From contig NC_057719.1 of NCBI RefSeq assembly GCF_004010195.1, positions 92,829,946 to 92,893,945 on the forward strand: a DNA stretch of 64,000 bases, in the 5' to 3' direction. Below, one piece after another: positions 27,081-39,490 of the stretch; position 1 is the stretch's first letter, and each line of letters starts with the position of its first letter. Below the pieces are notes generated by a model, which had not been told where the DNA came from, did not search any database, and saw only the letters and a program-made list of their open reading frames with translations. This DNA is from Chiloscyllium plagiosum. Lineage: Eukaryota. Position numbers and translations under genes: made by a program.

Positions 27081-30000
27081 ACCTCCCCCCAAAAAGACCC
27101 TGCCTAATCATTATCTGTCATTTTCTCCAGTAACTACAACCCACCCTGATTCTGGAACATATTCCAACCCTTACTAACCTCCCCATCTGTGTAGCTTCCC
27201 CAAGCCTCTCCATCACATGGTATTACTGCAACCTTCTCCGGTTGCACACAGCACGCCTACATACTGTCCTACAGTACCTCACTCCCTCTATCCTTCTATC
27301 ATGCCTATAAACCTCCTTATCTATATATACTCCTCCAGTCCCGACAGCCTTTCCTGCCCATCCTCCCTTTGTGAAACATTATGAAGCCACGTGAACATTG
27401 CCACGATTTGTAACCTCGCCTAATCCCTGGAATCTTCTCTATCGCTGTGACCTCCTCCCATCACTACTAGCCTTCTTAACGCTGTAATATACTGCAATCA
27501 CGGAAACCATGTGTGAATATGTAATATCCTATTGTTTACTGCCACGCCTTCTATTTCTTACAACTCTCTCTGCCTGTAACCTTGGCCAGTCTGAAGAGAC
27601 CTCGCTAACTCTCGAATCCTCAGTATTGATAACTTCATCCAGTCTCGACAACAATCCCTATCTCTGTAATCTACTAAAGCCTCCACCGCCCTCCCTATTG
27701 CTGTAACCCTCTCCAGTCCTTCTCATATACACTGACAATATAAACTGCTCCCATTCCTATACAATACCCTGACTGCATCCTCCTCCTGTTCCGATAACCC
27801 CTGTGAACTTTGTGAACTCGTCCAATCTTTGCAATGCTCTGTATCATTGTATCTTCCTCCAGTGAACCAACGTTATGACTTGATCGTTGCCTGTTTCCCA
27901 CTATTCTGCTTAACTCTATAAACAGTCTGTTATTCACCCCTTGTATGTGTGAACTTCTCCTTTCCTTCCAAATTACTTCTTCTTGCCCTTAGAATTCTTC
28001 TGGTGATTGCAACCTTTGAACGAATGAATGGATTCGCTGTTTTGTCACACTAACTCAAATGAGTGGAATGGAAAGGTTTTAACTCGTCACTTACAGTGCC
28101 ATCTGATTTGCAAACGTAACTTGATACTGACTCTTCAGTTACTCGATCAGCTGCAGTGCAACAACATCAACAACACATGGTGTCAACTTAGATACAGAGT
28201 ACCTCAGTGCAATCCTTACGAACAGAATAGAGAAAAGAAGAAAAAACGTTATGTTGGCAATCTTTACAGCACTCCCCAACACACTCCTGCAACTCCTAGT
28301 ACCAATCGTATACTGGTGTAAACTGTTTTGGATTGTGTAAACTTCCTTTTACTGTCACTGTCTCAGTCCCCCTCTATCGCAATAATGTCATTAAATCCTG
28401 ACTAACTTAATGATCACTATAACTTCCCCCCATCCCTGCGCTGACTGTCTCGATAACTATTTTCCCACTCTACAGCCCTCCCTGTAGGTGTAATCTCCTC
28501 TAGTTCCTATAATACTCTATTTGGAAACAATAATCCATTAAAAAAAACTTCTGTCAGCTTCTCCAAACCATAACACTGTCACTATCAGTGTAATCTTCTC
28601 CATTAATACAATTTTCCCTCTCCACATATACTCCCTGTAGCAGTCCCTGTCCCTGGAAGCTCTTTCTGCCGAAACAACTGATCATGCCTGTATATTTGCC
28701 TTCATTCCCCACATCTTTCATTATCGGTGTCATCTTCTCCAGACCCTTCAAATCACCTTATCCATGAAAAATGTCCTAGTCTCCTGAGTGGTACCTTCCA
28801 TCTAATCTCTTCCAAACCCAAATGCTCCACATTAATTTTCTCACGCCAAACAACGTTCGATATCTGTAACCTGCTACTGTGCTAGACAATTACCTCCGTC
28901 TGTATATTCTTCCAACCCATCCAAACCTCCTTTTCGTCATAAACCCCTGCAGATCCTGCCACGTGGCTAAAAGGTGTGACCTCTTCCAGCCTCAAAAACA
29001 TTTTCAATATGTGTAATTCTGTATAGTCCCTGGGATATGCCACATCTGTCGAAGCCACTCCAATTCCTGTGTCTGTCTGATCCTGTCCATGTAATATCCT
29101 CCCGTCGTTATCACCCACACTGTCAATGTAAGCTCCACCAGTCTCATCTACTCATCTCCATAATCTTCTCCAGCTCTTACATCCCTATCTTTGTAAACCT
29201 CACTCTCCCGCCAACTGTCCTTCCAAAAGGGGCTTCCCTCATCACCTTGAACACTCATAATTACTGAAGCTCCCTTTTGCCACTTCAAACCTTCTAGGCC
29301 TTCAAATTCCTCCCGTCCTGGTATCCTTCTCTGTCTCTGTAACCGCCTGCACCCTCCAGTGTCCTTCTGGGGACTCTTTCAGAGGGAGGAACATTCGTAG
29401 AGTCGGACCATGTTACCGAGGTAAGAAGTTCAGCAGAACCTAGAGGATAGTACAAATGAAGGAAGGGACCTGTATCCTGCCGGAGGTTAGAGATAGTGGG
29501 ATTCAAAAAAAAACTTCACGATGGAACTGAGAGTGGGCTGTGGAACCTGAAAGATGTTACATTTTGAATAATAGATTTGTTTTTTTGATTGGACCATGGG
29601 TTTCAACAATAAAACAGTTTGTAACTTTCAATGCACAAACTTAGGATTTTGCTCAGCTGATTCTGGAAGTCTTTGCTGGAATAGATGAAGTTTCAGATTC
29701 CCAGGCTGGGATGTGAGTTCAGATGTGAAGCTATTGCCCATTCTGTCTGTGTGCCTGACACTGTTCTGTTGCTGCTCATGTGACCTCCAGATCACCTCAT
29801 CAAAACCATCGATTGGAAAATTCGTTATTTCTTTTTCATTATTTTTAAGCAGCTGTTTTGTGAGATGCAGGAATTGGTTTCAAAGTGGAAAGAATGCAAT
29901 ATGTCTCATTACCCCTGCCCCATGTAGTGGGGTTTTGCGGATTGTAGACTGTCATTCAGAGGATTGTATAGTCAGGGAATCTGACTGCAAATTGTATTTG

Positions 30001-30570
30001 CTGTGTAGAGTTAGACATCATGTAACAGTAACAGAGATGGTGTGTTTGTGGGCAGGCTGTAACAGTGTAAATACCTATCCGATGGTATCTCACTGACTGG
30101 GTCAGAGGTAGTGCACTGAGACTTGAGCACCAGGAGCTGGGAAACCTCATGCTGTTTGTATATGGGGCTTGGCAGCAGACTGGTTGAGAGCAGCTCACTG
30201 AGTAAATGACAGATAGAGAGCTTGGGATCTTCCTGTTGTGTTGAACCTTGTTCCATATAGTTATCTCGCTCTCATTAAGTGAGCCTGTTCCATTCTCCAG
30301 TCCCGACAGGACACCGTCACGGTAACCCGCTTCTGCTAATGAACGTCTCCCTCTATCTGACCACTTCCAGTCCTTACAGCTGGACCTTCGTCTGTTGTCG
30401 CCTGAAGTCTGCAATGATCTTGCTCTTTGTTATCCTGTGAAATCCCTCGATGCTGTGGGGAAACAAACTTGAAGTAGGTTTTTGTCACTGAAAAGAAAAC
30501 TGAATCCTCCTCTATCTTATATGGAATGTTTCTTTGTCAAACTTTGTCTCCTTGTTTGTCTTTCCAATAA

Positions 30571-31683
30571 GAACATAGAACATGGAACATAGAACAGTAC
30601 AGCACAGAACAGGCCCTTCAGCCCATGATGTTGTGCCGACCACTGATCCTCATGTATGCACCCTCAAATTTCTGTGTCCATATGCATGTCCAGAAGTCTC
30701 TTAAATGTCCCCATTGACCCTGCCTCCACAACTGCTGCTGGCAACGCATTCCATGCTCTCACAACTCTCTGTGTAAAGAACCCACCTCTGACATCCCCGC
30801 TATACTTTCCTCCAACCAGCTTAAAACTATGACCCCTCGTGTTAGTCGTTTCTGCCCTGGGAAATAATCTCTGGCTATCGACTCTATCTATGCCTCTCAT
30901 TATCTTGTATACCTCAATTAGGTTCCCTCTTCTCCTCCTTTTCTCCAACGAAAAAAGTCCGAGCTCAGTCAAACTCTCCTCATAAGGTAAGCCCTCCAGT
31001 CCAGGCAGCATCCTGGTAAACCTCCTCTGAACCCTCTCCAAAGCATCCACATCTTTCTTATAATAGGGCGACCAGAACTGGACGCAGTATTCCAAGTGCG
31101 GTCTAACCAAAGTTTTATAGAGCTGCAGCAAGATCTCATGACTCTTAAACTCAATCCCCCTGTTAATGAAAGCCAAAACACCATATGCTTTCTTAACAAC
31201 CCTGTCCACTTGGGTGGCCATTTTAAGGGATCTGTGTACCTGCACACCAAGGTCCTTCTGTTCCTCCACACTGCCAAAAATCCTATCCTTAATCCTGTAC
31301 TCAGCTTTCAAATTCGACCTTCCAAAATGCATCACCTCGCATTTATCCAGGTTGAACTCCATCTGCCACCTCTCAGCCCATCTCTGCATCCTGTCAGTGT
31401 CCCGCTGCAGCCTATAACAGCCCTCTATACTGTCAATGACACCTCCAACCTTTGTGTCATCTGCAAACTTGCTGACCCATCCTTCAATCCCCTCATCCAA
31501 GTCATTAATAAAAATTACAAACAAGAGAGGCCCAAGGACAGAGCCCTGTGGAACACCCACTCACCACAGACTTCCAGACAGAATATTTTCCTTCTACTAC
31601 CACTCGCTGTCTTCTGTTGGCCAGCCAATTCTGTATCCAGACAGTTATGTTCCCCTGAATTCCATTCCTCCTGACCTTCTGAA
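30571..31683 (-). mobile_element. Young 5'-truncated CR1 LINE (RT C-terminal half nearly intact)
   Basis: 298-aa ORF 30664-31560 with GVPQGSVLGPLLF, FADD, YCVQFWSP; one frameshift near 31560; (TTCTATG)n tail at 30571-30595. Confidence 0.95.
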
Positions 31684-31962
31684 AGAAAAAGGATACATCC
31701 ATCAATGATCCACTCTAACAATTCGCCTGCAAACTGGTACATTTAAATGAGGTCAACTCTCATCCTGATGACCCTCAGCGGGCACAGAACCGAAGTGTCC
31801 AAATTGATCTCCCTGTATGTTTCTGCAACCGCTTCGTGTTGCTCTATCCCTCCTTAATTCTGAAACCTGGCCGAGTCTGGACAGTAGAACAGCACACTGA
31901 TTACTGGGAATGCTATACACCAGCTTACTTCTGCAAACTCCTCGAATCCACCTCATCTCTGT

Positions 31963-32186
31963 GCAGTTGAAACTTTATTGCTGGAACAGCACAGCAGGTC
32001 AGGCAGCATCCAGGGAACAGGAGATTCGACGTTTCGGGCACAGGCCCTTCTTCAGGAATCCTGAAGAAGGGCCTGTGCCCGAAACGTCGAATCTCCTGTT
32101 CCCTGGATGCTGCCTGACCTGCTGTGCTGTTCCAGCAATAAAGTTTCAACTTTGATCTCCAGCATCTGCAGACCTCACTTTCTCCT
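31963..32186 (+). mobile_element. Penelope-terminus-derived perfect palindromic insertion
   Basis: 93-bp perfect arms (31965-32057 / 32059-32151), tail TGATCTCCAGCATCTGCAGACCTCACTTTCTCC, TSD CCTCATCTCTGT at 31951-31962 and 32184-32195. Confidence 0.9.
32022..32061 (-). ncRNA. Minimal type I hammerhead ribozyme motif (PLE-type); mirror copy on + at 32055-32094
   Basis: GATTC-CTGAAGA-A-GGGC CTGT GCCC-GAAA-CGTC-GAATC: conserved core, 4-bp helix II, palindromic ACGT helix III, 5-bp helix I. Confidence 0.7.
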
Positions 32187-32711
32187 CATCTCTGTCCAAC
32201 CCTGCAGCTTCTATAGTGCTCCCAATTTCTCTTATCCCCTACAGCTATCACCATCTTTGTTGATTCCAGTCGCTATATTTCTCCTACTCTCGTTGAACAC
32301 CGTATCTCTGGAAGGTCCTGCATCTCCAACAATCACCCCTATCTGCGAAAATTCGTCTGGACATCACAACCCTCGCAATATCTGCAACCTCCTCCAACAC
32401 TCGCTATCTCTGTAGCAACCTTTTGTCCTGCCATTCCTGCTTACATTTTGTCAAGTTCCCTACAACTCTACTGATCGGTGGAAGATGCACCAGAACTTAC
32501 ACCTTTCTCACTCTCTCCTTCTGTCTGCAGTGATTTGCAATCTCTATAACACTCCCAATTCGATGACATCTTCCAGACTCATATCATGGCGAGCTGCTTC
32601 ATTCTCTAATGGTCACCTGCCTTTGTCCAACTTCCAATTGACACAACCCTCCTCATTTCTGCAATCCCCTGCAGACCTTTCGTGTCCCTTTCACAATCCT
32701 CAGTCAATACC

Positions 32712-32965
32712 ACCATCCCTATTCCTGTGATATTCTCCAGTCCAGACCATCCTCCCTATTCCTGTGATATTATCCAGACCATACACACTCCCTATCCCTG
32801 CAAAAATCTCCAATCCATACCATCCTCCCTATCTCTGTGATATTGTCCAGTCCATACAATCTTCCCTATGCCGGTAACAGTCTCCATTCCATGTCAAACT
32901 CCCTTTCACTGTAATATTTTCCAATCCATACCATCCTCTCTGTCTCAGTAATATTCTCCAGATAC
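32712..32965. repeat. ~37-bp C/T-rich minisatellite, about 7 degenerate units
   Basis: Unit CCCTATTCCTGTGATATTCTCCAGTCCAGACCATCCT recurs. Confidence 0.8.
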
Positions 32966-33229
32966 CACATTAAATGTGCTGCAACTTTGATTCTTCTGAT
33001 AAGCAGGGTGTGGGCACGGTGTTGTCTCGAAAGATCTGTTGCCTTACACACGAACATTTGTCTGGAATCTAATCCACTCCCCTTTATCTCTCGGACTTCC
33101 TCCAATGTTAAAACCATTTCTGGCGCTTACATTCATCAACGCTTGCAACTATCCTTAACTCTGCATCACTCTTCTGCCCGTGAACCTCTCCCTATCAATG
33201 TAACCTCTGTCCATGTTTTTAAACTTCAC

Positions 33230-36200
33230 TTTGATTGAAACACGCCCTGTATTTGCAGCAAGGCAGACGGAATGACAGCATTAACTGAAGTGAACAGATA
33301 TGATCGAACTGGTTATGGAAATGTGGCTGCATAATAACCATGACTGGGAAGTGAATATTGAGGGTTGTCGTGATTTAGGCAGAATAGGCAAAATGCCAAA
33401 CAAGGTCAAGTTGTGTTTTTAGGAAAGGATGGAGTTCGTGAATTAGTGAGACAGCCACTTAAAACTGAGAATTTCATAGAAAACGAAATTTCTGTAATTA
33501 ATTCAAATTTAGTGTCGTTTTAAGCTGAGAAAACGCAAGCAGCAGGAACATTTAGCAGGAATTCTTTCATAGGTACCAAACAATGATGGTAATGTAAATG
33601 TGGTTATAGTTAGGAAATTGAATGTACTTGTAGCAAAGGCAGTACAGTAACTATAGTGTGACTAAAGTCTCCAACCGGACTGGATAGTTAATGAGTATCA
33701 GGGCTGTAATGGATGGAATTCTAGATTGTATACGAGATGATTGTCTGTCATTGCATATCAAGGACCCATTAAGACCCATTTCTCGATCAAATGTTGTGTA
33801 AAGAGAAATGTCTAATAATCTTATTTAAAAGGAGCATTGTGAGCAGAGAACCATAATATTTTGGAAACTTTCATTAAATTCAACACAGATTGAGGTAAGA
33901 TCATGATTCATGGGAGTGAAATTAGACCAATTGGCCCATTGAGTATGCACTGACCTTCAATGAGATCATGGTTGATCTGATAATCCCCACTTCTACTTTC
34001 CTGCTTTTCCCATGTAACTCTTGTTTCCCTGATTAATTAAAATCTGACTAACTCTGCTTAATGACACAGTCTCGATATGCCTCTGCAGTAAGTAATCCCA
34101 AAGATTCACTATCCTCATCGTGAATAAATTCCTCCTCATCTCCATCTTGAATGAATGAGCCCTTGCTGGTTTTGATGGTCCCTGGGTACGGAATCTCACA
34201 CAAGGAAAACCAAAGGAATTGACAAAGATGGTTACTGAGAATGAGGCTATGGATGTTCTTGACATGAACTTTACAGAAGCATTTGTCAAAGTTCCTCATG
34301 TTTAGTTTGATCGAGAAGATGCATAGAATGGTTTATCTTCCATAATTACAACGGCACCGACCCCACCTTTTCCTCTGCTACATTGATGAGGATCAGCGCC
34401 ATCTCATGCTTCCACGAAGAGAATGAACAGATCATCAACTTTAACAACACTTTCCACCCTGAGTTCACCTGGTCCATCTCTGACACCTCCATCCCCTACC
34501 TGGACCTCTCCAACGTCGGTGACCAACTCAACATGGACATCTATTTCTAACTCAAGGACTCCTACAGCTGCCTAGAGCACAACTCCTCCCATCTCCGCTC
34601 CTGGCAAAAATGCTCCCCCTTACTCCCAGTACCTACGATGCTTCTGCTCCCAAGAGGAACAAGTCCATTTTAGGACATCCTAGATGGCTTCCTATTTAAA
34701 GACCACATTTCCACTCCCACGTGGTCAACAATGCCTTCCCATCCATCTCTACTTCCCACACCACCGCCTTTGAACTGCAACCCTCCAACTCCAACAAGAA
34801 TCGAACAGCCCTGGTCTTCACCTACCCCAATAATCTCTCGATACCGTGCACCATCCTCTGCCGTTTCTGCCACCTACAGTCAGAAAACAAAACACCAGAG
34901 ACATATTTCTCTCTCTACTTCCATCTGCATTGCAAAGAGACAATTCCCTCCGCAACTCCCTCATTAGGTCCACGCCCCCCACCAACCTACTATCCCCTCC
35001 CGGCACCTTCTCTTCCCCCTGCAGGTGTGTAAAACCTGTGCCCACACCTCTCACCTCACCTCCGTCAAAGGATCTATTCACATCAGTCAGAGAACTTCTG
35101 ATACATTCTATGCTCTCGATGTGGTCTCCTTTACGTTTCGGAGACAGGATGCCAACTTGCACAATGTTTCAGGGAACATCTCTTGGACAGGTGCACCAAA
35201 TGTCCGCACTGCCCTGTGGCCAATTACTTCAACTCCCCCTCCCACTCCAAAAAGGATATGCAACTCCTGGGCCACATCCATCCCCAAATCCAAGACACTC
35301 AATGCCTGTCGCAATCACACCTCATTTTCCGCAATGCAACTGTCCAACCACACAGCATCAACATCGACTTCACCAGTGTCCCCATCATTCTTACCCCCCA
35401 ACATCATCACACATCCAACTCATCACGCACTGTTGAACTTTCCTACCTGTGCATCTTCCTTCCAAACTATCCACTCCACCCTCCGTACAGAACTATCACA
35501 TTTACTCCCATCTGTATCTAGCTATCGCCTTCCCATCTAACTTTTCCCAGCCGCACCTGTACCCTTCCATTTATCTCTTAGCCCCTTCCCCCTCCACATT
35601 CCTTATGGAGGGCTTATGCCCGAACTTCCAATCCTCCTGTTCCTCGGATGCTGCTTGACCTGTGTTTTTCCAATGCCAAATTTTTCAGTCCAGAATATTA
35701 AAATGGAATTCATGATGTTTGGCAAGGTGGAGACAAATTTGTCTTGGGCAATGGAGACAGTGGGATGTGGAGGGGCGTATTTCCGATTGGAGGTCTGTAT
35801 CCAGTAATGCATTGCAAGGGTCAGTGCTGAAAACCCAGGTTGTAATTTATATTAGAGATTCAGATGAAAACGTAACTGGTGCGATTAGTAATTTTGCAGA
35901 TGATACCAATCTTGGTGGAATTGTGTATAAAAAGAAAGGATATTAAATGTTGCAGCAGTATTAGATCAGCTGGAAAATGGGCAGAGAAATGATGAGTTCA
36001 ATTTATTTCAGACAAGTTTGAGCGGATGCCTTCTGCCATGTCAAATGCAAGAGAGAAAAACACTGTAAATGGCCGGACATTTCAGAGCATTGATATCAGG
36101 AGAGAACTTAGGGACAACCTCATAACGACATGAAAATAGCAATCCAAGTGTATAAGATAGCGAAGGAGGTGTACAGCATACTTGCCTTCATTTGTCACAG

Positions 36201-36570
36201 CATTGAGTATACCAGTAACAGTTTGCAAGTGATGTTGTTACTGTATAAAACATCAGTTCAGCCACAGTTGTAGCACTGTGTTCACTTCTCATAATCACAT
36301 TACAGAAATGATGTGGAGGCTTTGGAGAAAGATTCAAGATGGAGGTGTGGGAAATGGAAGAGATGTACTGGAGTGCATCACTTCGGAAATGTCACATCGC
36401 GGTTTGTATAGTTTAAGGTGTGAGAGAGAAGTTTTAAATTGGATTTGGAATGCAAGACGTTTTACAAAGAGGATGGAAGGTGCCTCGGGAATGGTAGACA
36501 GGGAAATAATACCAAAATTTTCAAATGACATTTAGAAAGGTGCATGAGCAGGCAGAGAGTAGACAGGTAT
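33230..36570 (+). mobile_element. Old CR1 (endonuclease, RT, 3' part) split by a minus-strand CR1 tail (~33900-34190) and a Penelope insertion
   Basis: MNFTEAFVKVPH before 34325; LQGSVL and FADD after 35690. Confidence 0.7.
34335..35680 (+). mobile_element. Penelope-like element, 5'-truncated and decayed (RT + GIY-YIG + terminal repeat)
   Basis: YID(E/D), FTWSISDTS.PYLDL, CSRCGLLY..ETG...FREHL; terminus CCTTATGGAGGGCTTATGCCCGAAC..GGATGCTGC. Confidence 0.85.
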
Positions 36571-36574
36571 GCAC

Positions 36575-36785
36575 TATGCCACTATAGACTTACCAGATCA
36601 TCAGGGCCGCTTTCCTAATTGACTGAAGCAACTGGTGGCAATTTAAACTAAGGGCCAACAACAGGTGAGGGAAGAGGTCGATCCTTCATGGTAACCGCAA
36701 ATCAGTGATGAGAATTGAATCCCCGCTGGTTGCATCACATTGCTTTGCAAATCGACAACCCAGAAACTGAGGCAATCCAATTTGC
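36575..36785 (-). mobile_element. tRNA-derived SINE (second family), decayed
   Basis: Antisense A/B-box-like head (GGATTCAATTCTC) and body; related 3' fragment on + at ~10120-10230. Confidence 0.55.
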
Positions 36786-36878
36786 AATTGCGAATTGCAG
36801 GAAGATAATATTAGATTAGAATCGTATAAAGAAGCCGAAACACTCCAACAGAAAGTGCGGGTGCAGCATCGGCTGCCT

Positions 36879-36982
36879 GTAGTAGTAGTAGTAGTGGTAG
36901 TAATAATAAGAGTAATAATAATAATAGTGATAATAATAATGATAGTAATAATAATAAAAAAAATAACAACAACAACAACAAA
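36879..36982. repeat. Compound trinucleotide microsatellite (GTA)n/(ATA)n/(ACA)n
   Basis: Directly visible. Confidence 0.95.
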
Positions 36983-37699
36983 GCAATGTGGTCGCTTCAG
37001 CTATGATGAGCTGATGGGCTTATCGCTGTGCTGTCTTGTTCTATTTTCTAACTTCCCAACAGCTACCTTAGAATCTTAGGTGTTGCATTAAAAACAAATC
37101 ATTTTTCTTCTTACCTCCAATGAGGTCAATCTCTATCCTATCCATCCCCTCAAATTAGAAAATCTCGCTATTCCCAACATCAGCCAAGTGAAGCCTCTAT
37201 GTCCTGCCTCTAGCACGAGAATATATTTCCTTAGAGCACTCACACTGTTCATAATATTTTCAGTGTGGTCTGACAAGTACCTTAAAATAGTTTTAACAAG
37301 ACCTCTCTATTTTAGATTCCATTCCCTTTGTAATAAATGCCAGCATTAGATTTGCCTTCTCCAAGACCTGCCTCCTCTGTAAGAGACCTTTTTCAGATTG
37401 ATAAACAAGGACTCCCAAAACCCTTTGTGCAGTCAGTCTAGTACCAAATGGTATTCGCCTAACAGTAAGACGGGAACGTGTTGGACAGTATTGTAAAGGA
37501 TATGACAAACAATAGGTGGAACCTCAGAAACAAGGGGAGACGAATGAGTTTATAAAATATGAAATCTTTTTAATGCACATGTTGGATTTTAGGTTTTTGG
37601 AGTGGCTATAAATGGCAAAATAGATAAGGTTAGGGGAGAGTGATACGACTTATTTGACTTTTGACTTGTCAAATTTTTTTTGCAATTTTCCATAAGGGT

Positions 37700-38950
37700 T
37701 AAAGAGTAACTTGGGAGAGGACAAGGTCCCTTTAAGATCAATGAAGCAGTCTGTGCGGAACCACAGGAAATTGGGGAGAGCTTAATCAAATGCTTTGTGT
37801 CGGTATTTACTGTGAATAATGGCATCGAAGCTCGGGAGAAATAAATAATGATGTCTCGAAAAGCATTCACAAGACAGAACAGGAGATGCTGAAGGTCACA
37901 ATACACAGAAAGATAGAAAATCCTCAGGACCTGATCAGAGGTATCCGAGGATTCTCTGAGAAGCTAGTGAAGGGATTGCAGGGCACCTTGCAGAGATATT
38001 TGTATCATTGAAAGCCACGGTGAGTTGTCAGAAGACTAGAGGACAACTAAAGCTGTTCCACCAGTTTAGGGCTGCAAGGAAACGCCAGAAAATTACAGAC
38101 ACCTGAGACTGACATCAGTGGTGCGAAATTTGTTTGAATAGATTCTAAGATCTTCATGCATTTGGAAAAGCAAGGGCAGATTAGGAATAGTCAGCATGGC
38201 TTTGTGCGTGGAAAACCCTGATTGAGCTTTTGAGGAAGTGAACAGGATGCAGAGCGTAGATATTGTCTACAACAGTTGCTTTGACAGGTTGTGCATGATC
38301 GACTTGTTAATAAGATGGGATCCAGGGAGAGTTAGACAATTGGATACCGACTTGGCTTAGAATCATAGAGATGTACAGCATAGAAGCAAACCTTTTGGTC
38401 CAACCCGTCCATGCTGACCAGATATTCTAACCTAATCTTGTCCCACTTGCCAGCACTTGCCCATTTCCCTCTAACTCCTTCCTATTCATATCCAGATGCC
38501 TTTTAAATTTTGTAGTTGTACCGGCCTCCACCACTTCCTCTGGCAGCTTATTCTATAAATGCACTAAGCGTTTGAAGAAAAGGTTTCCTTTTAGGTCCCT
38601 TTTAAATTTTCTCACTCTCACCAGAAACCTGTTCCAGCCCCCGGGAAAATATCTTGTCTATTTTCCTTATCCATCCCCCTTATGATGTTATACACTTTTA
38701 TGAGGTCACCCCTCAGCCTCCGACGCTCGAGGGAAAACAGTCACAGCGTATTCAGCCTCTCAATGTAGTTCAAACCCTCCAACCGTGCCAACATCTCTTT
38801 GGAACCATTTTAAGTATTACAACATTCTTCCGACAGGAGGAAGACAAGAATTGCACACAATATTCCAAAAGTGGCCGAACCAATGTCTGTACAGCCACAG
38901 CATGACCTCCAAACTCGGATACTTAGTGCTCTGACAAGGAAAATCCACTC
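37700..38950. mobile_element. CR1 RT fragment (+, 37700-38360) followed by CR1 3' end (-, 38360-38950)
   Basis: GPDQRYPRIL, SQHGFVRGK on +; antisense 3' UTR starting ATCATAGAGATGTACAGCA. Confidence 0.8.
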
Positions 38951-39299
38951 CCTTCTAAAGACCAGACGTATAGCATTCAAGTCGAATGAATGCAGGGAAT
39001 ATAGACAAGACCTCTGCAAAACCCTCAGGTTGAATGTTCAGTTCTGCATGTAGGTTTCGGCATCTCTTCTTCAATCAGCAGAACCCTCCTTTATCGCTCT
39101 AACTTCCTCCACACATTACAGCATTCCTTATGACTGTACGTGCCTACAGACCCCAAACATTCTCCTGTCTCGACAGCTCCTCCCAATTTCGAACCTCCTT
39201 TATCCCCGACTGCCCTGTTATTGTCCTGTCAAACACCATTGACACTTACTATCTTCATAAACTGTTTTGGATCACTATTCTTTCCCTGTCCTGTAACTC

Positions 39300-39490
39300 A
39301 AAACATGTGTTGCTGGAAAAGCGCAGCAGGTCAGGCAGCATCAAAGGAGAAGGCGAATCGACGTTTCTGGCATAACCCTGCCCGAAACGTCGATTCTCCT
39401 TCTCCTTTGATGCTGCCTGACCTGCTCCGCTTTTCCAGCAAGACATTTTTAAGCTCTGATCTCCAGCATCTGCAGTCCTCACTTTCTCCC
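39300..39490 (+). mobile_element. Penelope-terminus-derived hairpin insertion (intermediate age)
   Basis: Near-perfect inverted repeat ~39300-39450; same tail as the 31963 copy; 17-bp TSD TCCCTGTCC(T/C)GTAACTC at 39283-39299 and 39487-39503. Confidence 0.88.

Noticed and set aside
29713..29820. Signal-peptide-like KLLPILSVCLTLFCCCSC; the paralog at 58811 has MKIYFSILSV...DIQ, recalling an Ig light chain leader
   Set aside because: No ATG in copy 1, a stop in copy 2, no V-domain Cys/Trp motifs or RSS seen, and it lies just after a conserved donor site, so it is probably intronic
31096..31708. Long plus-strand ORFs (up to 192 aa), and similar ORFs opposite other CR1 copies
   Set aside because: Antisense shadows of CR1 ORF2
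31765..31795. CTGATGA followed by a short CCC/GGG stem as another hammerhead
   Set aside because: No GAAA directly after the stem and no helix I/III
36795..37079. ORF with a long hydrophobic poly-V/I/T stretch resembling a membrane protein
   Set aside because: It is the translation of a trinucleotide microsatellite
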